Shown in pieces: positions 17,005 to 25,186 of a stretch of 45,892 bases of DNA. Source of the stretch: Nitrospinota bacterium (GTDB taxonomy: Bacteria > Nitrospinota > Nitrospinia > Nitrospinales > VA-1); contig JAYNIA010000016.1 of NCBI GenBank assembly GCA_038108555.1, positions 1 to 45,892 on the forward strand. Reading direction: 5' to 3'. The stretch's first letter is position 1. Every line of letters begins with the position of its first letter. The notes under the pieces are model-generated. The model worked only from the letters and a program-made list of their open reading frames with translations. It did no database searches and had not been told where the DNA came from. The position numbers and the translations under genes were made by a program.

Positions 17005-18550
17005 AAAGAAAAAGAGCCTTTTTTTCTTTTGTATTTTGATAGCTTGGGCCTTTGGACCGCTTCCTGTTTATTCCCATTCAGAACATGGTAATGACTCTGG
17101 AAATCCTGCCAAAAGCAAAAAGGAATTGTTGCGCCTGGGGTCCACGGTTTACAAACATATGTGTGTGTTTTGCCACGGACACGATGGAAATGGGGGAGGC
17201 AAGGCCATGGCCTACCTTTACCCGTGGCCCAGAGATTTCAGGAAAGGCGTTTTTAAGTATAGAACCACCCCCTTTGGATCACTACCAAGAGATGCGGATA
17301 TCTATCGGACGATAACCCGTGGAATTCCCGGTACCTCCATGCCAGCATGGAAGGGAGCGCTGTCGGAGGATGAAACCTGGGGCGTAATCGAGTATATTAA
17401 AACTTTTTCAAAACGTTTTACAAAAGATAAACCTAAAGAGGCCATAGTTGTTGGTGAAATCCCTGTTTCTGATGAGGATTCCATAAAAAGAGGGCATAGT
17501 ATTTACAAGGAAATGCGGTGCTCACGCTGTCATGGTAGCGATTTGAAAGGCGATGGGCCCATTGCCGATGAGCTTTATGATATTTGGGACCATCGAATTT
17601 TTATTTATGATTTGACCGACCCAAATGCCTTTAAATTTGGTTTTGATAAAAAAGATTTGTTCATGATCCTGACAACGGGGATTGATGGAACCCCGATGAA
17701 GTCATACAATCATCTAAACGATCAGGAACGATGGGACCTGGCTTCGTTCATCGAGTCAAAAATAAACAAGGAGTTGCATAAACCGGCAGAATATGAAACT
17801 GACCTGATAACTCATGTTGTTGATGAAGAGATTGATATGGACCCCGGCAATCCGATTTGGGATGGCATTGAGGTACAAAATATCCACACCATTCCACTCA
17901 ATGCCCGGCGAGATCCTATCGACCAGATTCAGTTTCAGTCGGTGATGAACGATGAGGGAATTGCCTTCAGGTTGCAATGGGAGGACCCTGTCCCGAACCG
18001 GACTTCCAGCCGGCATCAAGATTTTAAAGATGCGATAGGGATGCAGTTCGCCCTGGGTGATGTTTTATTACATAAACATGGCCATAATGAGCCCTTCTTT
18101 GGGATGGGAAACCGCAACAAGGTGGTGAATATCTGGCAGTGGCGGGCTGACTGGCAAACGGAGATAGAAACAAAGGAAGAGCTGGAATATGCCACTCAGG
18201 GGATGGACCTGGATACCATGATTTTTGGCGGCGAGGTCAACCCGGTGGATTCGTTGAATCCTTTCAGGGATGTCCCTGTGGAGGAGCTAAATGCTGAGGG
18301 ATTTGGTACACTAACCCCCCAGCCACAGACAAAACAGAATGTTCTTGGAAAAGGTGTTTGGAAAGATGGCAAATGGAGTGTAGTATTTTTCCGTACACTG
18401 GATACTATCAATAAATGGGATATTCGCTTTCAGCGGAAAATTCCCGTCCTTGTGGCATTTGCTGTTTGGGATGGGAAACATCAGGACCGAAACGGGCGAA
18501 AGGTCATTTCAATGTGGCAGCGCCTGAAGGTCCCTTCGCCTGCTGATTGA
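16958..18550 (+). CDS. Diheme cytochrome c fused to an ethylbenzene-dehydrogenase-gamma/NxrC-like heme-b (DOMON-like) domain
   Basis: CVFCH and CSRCH, each followed by GT(S/P)M; C-terminal LQWED, FKDAIGMQF, VNIWQWRAD, AEGFGTL and VAFAVWDG..RNGRK. Start uncertain. Confidence 0.88.
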   Translation: MKNFIHYHRRALGFVRKKKSLFFFCILIAWAFGPLPVYSHSEHGNDSGNPAKSKKELLRLGSTVYKHMCVFCHGHDGNGGGKAMAYLYPWPRDFRKGVFKYRTTPFGSLPRDADIYRTITRGIPGTSMPAWKGALSEDETWGVIEYIKTFSKRFTKDKPKEAIVVGEIPVSDEDSIKRGHSIYKEMRCSRCHGSDLKGDGPIADELYDIWDHRIFIYDLTDPNAFKFGFDKKDLFMILTTGIDGTPMKSYNHLNDQERWDLASFIESKINKELHKPAEYETDLITHVVDEEIDMDPGNPIWDGIEVQNIHTIPLNARRDPIDQIQFQSVMNDEGIAFRLQWEDPVPNRTSSRHQDFKDAIGMQFALGDVLLHKHGHNEPFFGMGNRNKVVNIWQWRADWQTEIETKEELEYATQGMDLDTMIFGGEVNPVDSLNPFRDVPVEELNAEGFGTLTPQPQTKQNVLGKGVWKDGKWSVVFFRTLDTINKWDIRFQRKIPVLVAFAVWDGKHQDRNGRKVISMWQRLKVPSPAD

Positions 18551-18615
18551 ATCTCTCAATAGAGAAATTAATTTTTTTCGGAAACGCGTTTTAAAATAAT
18601 TTGGAGATTGGTTTC

Positions 18616-20205
18616 ATGTCAGAAGAAAAGGAAATGGAGGAGACTGAATCGGAAGACTCGCTTACCGTGTCTGAAGATGATGAACTAGATCTGGATGAAA
18701 TGGATGAGGAGGAAGAGGAAGCTCCTGAAGAAGTCAAGGAGGTTGGCGCCTATCTTGTTATTGGACAGGGCGATTTCTCCATGACTCAATCCAACAGAGG
18801 TGCCGATGACCCGGGGGATAATACCCTAAGCGAGCCTCAGTATATCGAAAAGTTTGGGGATATGCTGTTTGTAGCCGATCGGGGTAACCATCGCGTAGTG
18901 ATATGGGAACAGTTTCCGGAAGAAAATGGTGAGCCTTGCTCCCTGGTTTTGGGACAGGAAGATTTTGCAGATTGTCTTGAAAATCGTGGAATGACCACAA
19001 CGCTGGATGAAATGACCTCGGGACTGGGTGATGAATCTCTGGATGGATTCACCATCAGTAAAGCAGAAGAGGATACACTCTCTCAGCCTGCTGGAATTCA
19101 AGTGATTGATGGAAAGCTTTATGTTGTAGATAGTGGTAACCATCGTATTCTCCGCTGGTCAGGCATTCCTTCAGAGGACGGAGAGGCACCCAGTCTGGTA
19201 TTGGGACAGGATAATCTGGATGACAACGAAGCGAACAGGCGTGGCTTTGTTGGGTCGGGTTCGTTGTTTTTCCCAATGGGAATCAATTCCAGTGACAACC
19301 AACACATTTTTGTTGCTGATAAGGACAATCATCGTGTGCTTTTATGGAATAAAATTCCATTCAGTGATGGTTGGAATGCCGATATATCCCTCGGCCAACG
19401 GGGAATGGACGAAAGATGGCCGAATCAGGGGGACTTTGACAACGTAGCATCAGACACACTCAGTTTCCCAACCGGTGTTTTCTACGATGCCGAAAGGGAA
19501 AAGGTATTTGTTGTAGATCAGGGTAACCACCGAGTTTTGATCTGGAACAAACTCCCGAGGGAAACTGGAGTGGCGGCAGATGTTGTGGTTGGACAAAAAG
19601 ATTTTCTAAGCAGAGAACCCAATTCAGGAAAAGGCGCTAAACGAGCCTGCCAGGAAGGAATGTATTTCCCCACCGATGTAGTGGTCGGTGAGATGGGAAT
19701 GTTTGTTTCTGATACCGGAAACAACCGCGTGTTGTATTGGAAAGAAATACCCACCGAAAATGGCCAGCTTCCGGATTGCGTGTTTGGCCAAACAAATTTC
19801 AATGAAAATAAAGCCAACCGGGGAGTGGAAGGTGAAGCCACAGCAAGTACGCTGGACGACCCCTTTGGGCTGCTTTTGATTGAAGAAGAGGAAGAAGAAG
19901 GTGGTCTTCGGGAAATCCCAATGCCAGACGATGACGATGATGAGGAGACTGCTCTAGCAAACACTGAAGGAGGGGAGGAAGAGGAACCTCAGCCGAACTT
20001 CAAACTGTTTATTGCAGACAGAGGAAATTCCCGAGTTGTTGTTTGGGATGAACTGCCTTATCCAAAAGAAGAAGAGAAGGAAGAGGAAGAATTTGAAGAG
20101 CTTCAGATTGATGATGAAAATACATTGATCGGTGACGACGATGACGATGATGATTACTTCGACGATGATGACGAAGTCCCACCGGGAGAGCTTCCATCCG
20201 CCTGA
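18616..20205 (+). CDS. NHL-repeat beta-propeller protein with very acidic termini and insertions
   Basis: Repeated LFVADRGNHRV / VVDSGNHRI / VADKDNHRV / VSDTGNNRV and VLGQxDF motifs; poly-D/E tracts; GGAG before ATG 18616. Confidence 0.88.
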   Translation: MSEEKEMEETESEDSLTVSEDDELDLDEMDEEEEEAPEEVKEVGAYLVIGQGDFSMTQSNRGADDPGDNTLSEPQYIEKFGDMLFVADRGNHRVVIWEQFPEENGEPCSLVLGQEDFADCLENRGMTTTLDEMTSGLGDESLDGFTISKAEEDTLSQPAGIQVIDGKLYVVDSGNHRILRWSGIPSEDGEAPSLVLGQDNLDDNEANRRGFVGSGSLFFPMGINSSDNQHIFVADKDNHRVLLWNKIPFSDGWNADISLGQRGMDERWPNQGDFDNVASDTLSFPTGVFYDAEREKVFVVDQGNHRVLIWNKLPRETGVAADVVVGQKDFLSREPNSGKGAKRACQEGMYFPTDVVVGEMGMFVSDTGNNRVLYWKEIPTENGQLPDCVFGQTNFNENKANRGVEGEATASTLDDPFGLLLIEEEEEEGGLREIPMPDDDDDEETALANTEGGEEEEPQPNFKLFIADRGNSRVVVWDELPYPKEEEKEEEEFEELQIDDENTLIGDDDDDDDYFDDDDEVPPGELPSA

Positions 20206-20239
20206 TCATTTGATTTTAACAATTAGAAAGTAATACCAG

Positions 20240-20275
20240 CGGCTTGGGCAGTGATTGCCCAGGCCGTTTCTTTTT
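20240..20275 (+). terminator. Rho-independent terminator
   Basis: cggcttgggca-gtgat-tgcccaggccg followed by tttctttttt. Confidence 0.75.
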
Positions 20276-20289
20276 CCATTCAAATAAAT

Positions 20290-20814
20290 ATGCCAAAGAT
20301 ACTTATCATTCAGGGCAGCCTCAACCCACAGTCAAAAACCGCAATTGTGGTTCAGGAAGCGGAGAAAATTCTGCAGGGAATAGAGGATATTGATTTTCAA
20401 ACCCTGGACCTCAGGTCTCTGGATATGCAGTTTTGTGATGGGCGTAAACTTAAAGAATACAATTCCGACACACAAAAGGCATATAAACAGGTTGAAGAGG
20501 CAGACGGTTATATAGTCGGAATGCCGGTCTATTGCTATTCGGTTTCCGGTCCCTTAAAAAACTTTATAGATATTACTTCTTCGGCGATGGAAGAGAAGTC
20601 GGCAGGCATTCTTTGTACTACGGGAAGTTCCATGTCTTATCTCGCATCTGCGGACCTCGCAAAAATCCTTGCTTATGAATCTGATGTTTTGTCAATCCAA
20701 CCGGTGGTCTGTACCAGTTATGAAGATTTTAAAGAAGGAAAGCTGGTGAGTAAAAAGGCCCAGGAAAAACTCCAAGCCATGATCGATGTTCTTGTAAGTC
20801 AAATAAAGAAATAA
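20290..20814 (+). CDS. NAD(P)H-dependent FMN reductase (flavodoxin-like)
   Basis: IIQGSLNPQSKT and ADGYIVGMPVY..SVSGPLKNFID; ATG at 20290. Confidence 0.88.
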   Translation: MPKILIIQGSLNPQSKTAIVVQEAEKILQGIEDIDFQTLDLRSLDMQFCDGRKLKEYNSDTQKAYKQVEEADGYIVGMPVYCYSVSGPLKNFIDITSSAMEEKSAGILCTTGSSMSYLASADLAKILAYESDVLSIQPVVCTSYEDFKEGKLVSKKAQEKLQAMIDVLVSQIKK

Positions 20815-20823
20815 CCTGAACGG

Positions 20824-21840
20824 TTATTGGCAATAGGGCGGGATGCCTTCCTCAACGTGCAGGCCGGATTTGCCAGCTTTTATATTTTCATAATTTTTTC
20901 TGACACCGGATGCCAACTTTTTCATGGAGCTTTCCATCGTTTCCATAATTTGTTCGGCACTGTCCTTTAAAACATTTCCGAACTTGGGCTGGCATTTCAG
21001 GTTTCCCACATCACAGCAGGGAGTCATTTCTCCATTTTGTTGAATCGTCATAATGTCAATGGAACCGCGAGCCGCAGGACAACCTATCAGGTATTTATCC
21101 CTGGGAAAAGGAAGGGAGGTCATGGCCCGGTATCCATTTTTATCAACATCGAAGGCGGGAAGCAGGCTGATACCAAAAATAAATTCGGGTTTGCTTGCAA
21201 ACGCTTCCGTATCTCCCATGTGAGCGGTAAATAATTTTTCATCGCAGTTTGGATGTTCTTTAACCAGGCTTTCTATTTTTTGCGCATAGGTCTCGAGAAG
21301 CTCAGTCACATGCGGAAAGTTTTTTTCCTTGAAAAAATTGTATAGCAAACCAATCTGGTTTTTCAGGTCTGAAAGGGATTCATAAACAACATTTACGATC
21401 AGTTTGTTTTGAAGTTCCAGCATTTTTTCCAGAAAAGGTTTTTGCGAGCTTTCCCATGCTGTTGGATAAAGGGTGATATCCACTCGGGCATTTAATTTCA
21501 TGATTTCGACCAGCCGCAACCAGCGCTTCGATTTTTCTGAAAGGATGTCCAGATTGGTATGCAGGCAAACATGCGGAGTCACTGTTTGAAAAATTTTACA
21601 AATTTCTACAATGTCCGGATTTTGTGAGGCCTCTCCTCCGGTCAGGTTGATTTCCTGTTGGGCAAGGGTATTTAACACTTCCACATTTTTTATTTTTTCT
21701 GCCATGCTCCGGGCCTGTTCTATCGTCATATGCCATTCAGAAACCGGGTGCTCCATCAGGGGTTCATAAACGTGGCAGGAAATACACTCGTCACGGTTAT
21801 AGCGGTTGCAGCTGGTTTCGACAAAGATACTGAGCACCAA
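20824..21840 (-). CDS. Radical SAM protein with non-canonical CX7CX2C and a twitch/SPASM-like C-terminus
   Basis: CNRYNRDECISC, NLTGGEA, HTN and CPAA...NGEMTPCC...C..KFGNV. Confidence 0.8.
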   Translation of the reverse strand: MVLSIFVETSCNRYNRDECISCHVYEPLMEHPVSEWHMTIEQARSMAEKIKNVEVLNTLAQQEINLTGGEASQNPDIVEICKIFQTVTPHVCLHTNLDILSEKSKRWLRLVEIMKLNARVDITLYPTAWESSQKPFLEKMLELQNKLIVNVVYESLSDLKNQIGLLYNFFKEKNFPHVTELLETYAQKIESLVKEHPNCDEKLFTAHMGDTEAFASKPEFIFGISLLPAFDVDKNGYRAMTSLPFPRDKYLIGCPAARGSIDIMTIQQNGEMTPCCDVGNLKCQPKFGNVLKDSAEQIMETMESSMKKLASGVRKNYENIKAGKSGLHVEEGIPPYCQ

Positions 21841-21897
21841 ATGTCTCCGGAAAATTTTTGTTCTTTTTGTTTAGGCTATCAGATTTTGCCTGTGATA

Positions 21898-23283
21898 TTA
21901 ATCTTTGAATTGAATGTGGATGAAGGAAACCGGTGGGGGTGGTGAGTGAAAGGCCGCTTCGATATCTTTTTCACGGTAACCCAGTTTCCTTAGAGGTTTA
22001 AAAGCAGCTAATACCTCTTCTTTTGTTACATAAGCGACAGTATCAGGAACTCCGCGATTGCTAAGGTTTTTAGCCAGTTGCTGAATTAGTTTCCTCTGCT
22101 TTTTAGGGGTCCCCGGCATGGGAGGATATTCCAGTTTTCCGGGATAGGGGCTATGGTACACCGCGTTCAAAGCCTGCAGGGTACGAAGCATTAAAATGTC
22201 TCGATCCCAGCCTTCCATATGGGCTACCTGCGGATGGTTTTGCACAATTTCAACCACTCCTGTGACGTCTGCTTCCATATTTTGTTTTACATATTCGTTT
22301 TGATATTCCCGTTTTACATCTGAATATCCGATTTCACGCCCAACATCCTCAAGCAGAGGAAAATTCACCATGAAAGTGTATTGCCCACCATACAAATTAA
22401 AATAAGGTCGGCCTTCCTGGTTCAGGTCTTGATACTCAAGCATCCCATAGTCGAATCCGGTATAACCCAGGCTGTTTGGAGTGAGAAGCTCTTTGGCTTT
22501 TTTTAAGGTGGCAAAGGCTCCTGTGTTGATGGGAATGGGTATTCCATCGCTCAGTTGTTGCATGTGATTTTGTAACGCCTTTGAAAAGGGCCAATCACTG
22601 AGGTCCACCCTTTGAAAATCTCTTTCCCAATGGATCGCATCCAGAAAGGGAGTTCGTTGGCCTAGATTAATAAGATCTTTTTCCTGGAACTGTTGTAGAA
22701 AATTTCCCTCGTTCAATTCTGGAAAATCCGGTGGAAGATGGGGGCAAAGATATTCCTCGTAAAACTGGTTTTCATTTTTAATCAAAACTTTTGTGGCCAG
22801 GTCATCCCATATTTCATTGGAAATTATTTTTGTGACAGACTTGGGTCGAAAACAATTCAGATTTTCTGCATCAACTCTGACCGTTGAAAACCTTCCACTA
22901 TGTTGATTGAGGCGTGGATTCGATTTTGCCCCTTTCAGAATTTCTTCGGACTCATCACAAAGAATGTAATGAGTGAACGGATAAACCTGTTGATTGAAGT
23001 CAATTTCTTTCAGGCGGCTTAAAAAACATCCCGCAAGGTTGCCATTGCCCACTCCCCATTCCTGAATGGTCCAGACCCCGTCATCCGGCTTTTCCCCTAC
23101 TGTTTGCTTGTAAAAATCTTCTGCGAGGGTATGTGCCAGCCGGTGGTCGAGACTCACATAAGTTTGAAAATGGTTGTGGATTGCAGGGCCTTTAATTCCA
23201 TAGAAAATGGAATTGACATGCGTCTGCCACTGGTCCGAGGGTTTGAATTCCCCAAGCGCGATCATGTCGAGGGGGCGCATCAT
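21898..23283 (-). CDS. SAM-dependent methyltransferase, MidA/NDUFAF7-like
   Basis: QEWGVGNGNLA, IISNEIWDDL, GFDYG and QYTFMVNF motifs. Confidence 0.78.
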   Translation of the reverse strand: MMRPLDMIALGEFKPSDQWQTHVNSIFYGIKGPAIHNHFQTYVSLDHRLAHTLAEDFYKQTVGEKPDDGVWTIQEWGVGNGNLAGCFLSRLKEIDFNQQVYPFTHYILCDESEEILKGAKSNPRLNQHSGRFSTVRVDAENLNCFRPKSVTKIISNEIWDDLATKVLIKNENQFYEEYLCPHLPPDFPELNEGNFLQQFQEKDLINLGQRTPFLDAIHWERDFQRVDLSDWPFSKALQNHMQQLSDGIPIPINTGAFATLKKAKELLTPNSLGYTGFDYGMLEYQDLNQEGRPYFNLYGGQYTFMVNFPLLEDVGREIGYSDVKREYQNEYVKQNMEADVTGVVEIVQNHPQVAHMEGWDRDILMLRTLQALNAVYHSPYPGKLEYPPMPGTPKKQRKLIQQLAKNLSNRGVPDTVAYVTKEEVLAAFKPLRKLGYREKDIEAAFHSPPPPVSFIHIQFKD

Positions 23284-23302
23284 AGAATAATGAGGTAGGA
23301 AA

Positions 23303-24421
23303 TTATTCGCCGCTGCTTTCGCGTAGCGATTCCAGTCCGGCAGAATCCTCTCTCAGGTCGGCACCGCTTGCTAACTTACTGGTCTGGGAGACACCACCTG
23401 GAATATTGGCTGGGTTGTCGCCAGCGCCCACGGCTTGTTGTTCGGGTTCATTCATGAGCGCTTCGTATTTGCTGTAGGCATTTTGTGATTCTTCCATCAA
23501 ACCGACTTCTTTGTAACAGCTATATAGATTCAACCAGGCTCCTGAATCCTGTGGATTGAGACTGACCGAAACTTTTAATTCTTTAATGGCGGCTTCAATG
23601 CGTCCCATATTTGCATATAAGGTCCCCAGATTGGTGTGCGGCAGGGAATAGTCTGGGGCTAATTCACTGGCTTTGTTAAAAGCTTTTATCGCATCGTCTA
23701 CCATGTTTTGAGCCGCATAGCAGCTTCCCAAATTACAGTAGGCCTGGGTATCTTTTTCATCTATTTCGACGACACATATGGCGGCATCAATGGCTTCTTC
23801 AAAACGGTCGGAATTAAAATAGGCATTTGATAATGCTGCGCGTAATTCTTTGTTTTCAGGGTCAAACATTAGAACTTTTTTGAGGGCAACGATTTCCTTG
23901 TCATACGCTCTCAGCATTCCATAGGCTGCTGCCAGATTGGCATAGCTGGTAGTGTCGGTCGGATCAATTTTAATGGCTTTTTCAAAAGCATCCGCGGCAC
24001 TCTCATACATATCTCTCAGAAGATAAACACCGCCAAGGTTGAATAAAATTTCAGCATCGTTCCTGTCCAGTTCATGTGCCCGGTTGAGTTCGATTAATGC
24101 TTCTTCTTCATGATTGAAAAGAACATAAGCAGTACCCAGCAGTTTGTAGACGCGAGGGTTCTTCGGAGCTTTATTGCGAATGGTTTTAAGTTGCTTTATG
24201 GCCTCTTCGTAATTGCAACCATCAATCATGAGAGTCGCCAGTTCCAATTGCAAATCCAGATTGTCAGGATCCGTTTTCAATTCTTTACGGACTTGCCGGG
24301 TTTTTTTGCTGATCGCCATTTCCCGTTTGGTTTCTTCAGGATCACGGACGCCCAGTTCCTCAAAAATCTCCGGGTCAATTTTCATGGTGATCCAGTCTGT
24401 TGGTTTTCCGGCTTTAGCCAT
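23303..24421 (-). CDS. Tetratricopeptide repeat protein
   Basis: About 8 consecutive 34-aa TPR units (NLG..Y...A...A..L.P). Confidence 0.93.
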   Translation of the reverse strand: MAKAGKPTDWITMKIDPEIFEELGVRDPEETKREMAISKKTRQVRKELKTDPDNLDLQLELATLMIDGCNYEEAIKQLKTIRNKAPKNPRVYKLLGTAYVLFNHEEEALIELNRAHELDRNDAEILFNLGGVYLLRDMYESAADAFEKAIKIDPTDTTSYANLAAAYGMLRAYDKEIVALKKVLMFDPENKELRAALSNAYFNSDRFEEAIDAAICVVEIDEKDTQAYCNLGSCYAAQNMVDDAIKAFNKASELAPDYSLPHTNLGTLYANMGRIEAAIKELKVSVSLNPQDSGAWLNLYSCYKEVGLMEESQNAYSKYEALMNEPEQQAVGAGDNPANIPGGVSQTSKLASGADLREDSAGLESLRESSGE

Positions 24422-24473
24422 AAAACACGCGCTCCAAATTTGTTGAATTCAATTGTTTAAAAAGAAGATATCA

Positions 24474-24502
24474 ATTCTAGGCGATACACCTGCCCCTGTC
24501 AA
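24474..24502 (-). promoter_or_regulatory. sigma70 promoter of the TPR-methyltransferase-radical SAM operon
   Basis: TTGACA-17nt-TAGAAT on the minus strand. Confidence 0.7.
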
Positions 24503-24588
24503 CCCGGGCCTCGCCCGGGGGAAAATAGGTCTGAGCTTTTATAGGCTACTCAATGTATCCAAGCTTCTGGATAGGAGGGTGTAAAAAA

Positions 24589-24618
24589 ATCCCCCTGATA
24601 AGGGGGATACAGGGGGTT
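24589..24618. repeat. REP-like palindromic repeat
   Basis: atccccctgataagggggatacagggggtt; its reverse complement matches 44477-44509. Confidence 0.75.
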
Positions 24619-24677
24619 GCTTGATGCCTCCCCTCTATAAAACTAGAACCTGGATACACATTGGGCTTTACAACTGG

Positions 24678-25031
24678 CTAGGAAGTGGTGCCTATCTCGA
24701 TAGATATTTCTAGGTTTTTAACTTTTAAAGAAATGCCTTTATCATATATGGTTTCAATCCAGACTTCTTTTTTATCGGGGAAATACGCTACTGTATTAAA
24801 TTGCTCATCTGAGCCTGGTCCTTCGGTCATGCCTTTTTCTATTTTATATTTTTCTACATGACTAACAATGAGTATTAAATTTTGTTGATTTTCTTCTGAA
24901 TAAAATGGGATTTTGAAAATAAAAATTTTTGGTTCAAAAATGATTTCATTCTTATCTAATAAGCTATCATGAATTATATCGTTAATTAATGTTAGGTTTT
25001 TAGATTCCAGTATAGTTGTCAAATATGGCAT
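24678..25031 (-). CDS. AT-rich hypothetical protein
   Basis: 117-aa ORF with plausible composition; visibly more AT-rich than its neighbours. Confidence 0.65.
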   Translation of the reverse strand: MPYLTTILESKNLTLINDIIHDSLLDKNEIIFEPKIFIFKIPFYSEENQQNLILIVSHVEKYKIEKGMTEGPGSDEQFNTVAYFPDKKEVWIETIYDKGISLKVKNLEISIEIGTTS

Positions 25032-25186
25032 TTAACTTTTTATCTCTTTGGTAATAGAATGGGAAGAAGAGTTTTTCCCGAACATTTTACTTCTGATCGG
25101 TAAATATTGATTTGAATGTTAAGTTAAGGGGGCAGGTCGATTATTGACTATATGTGTATGCTTTCATCATTTATACAAAATTTACA

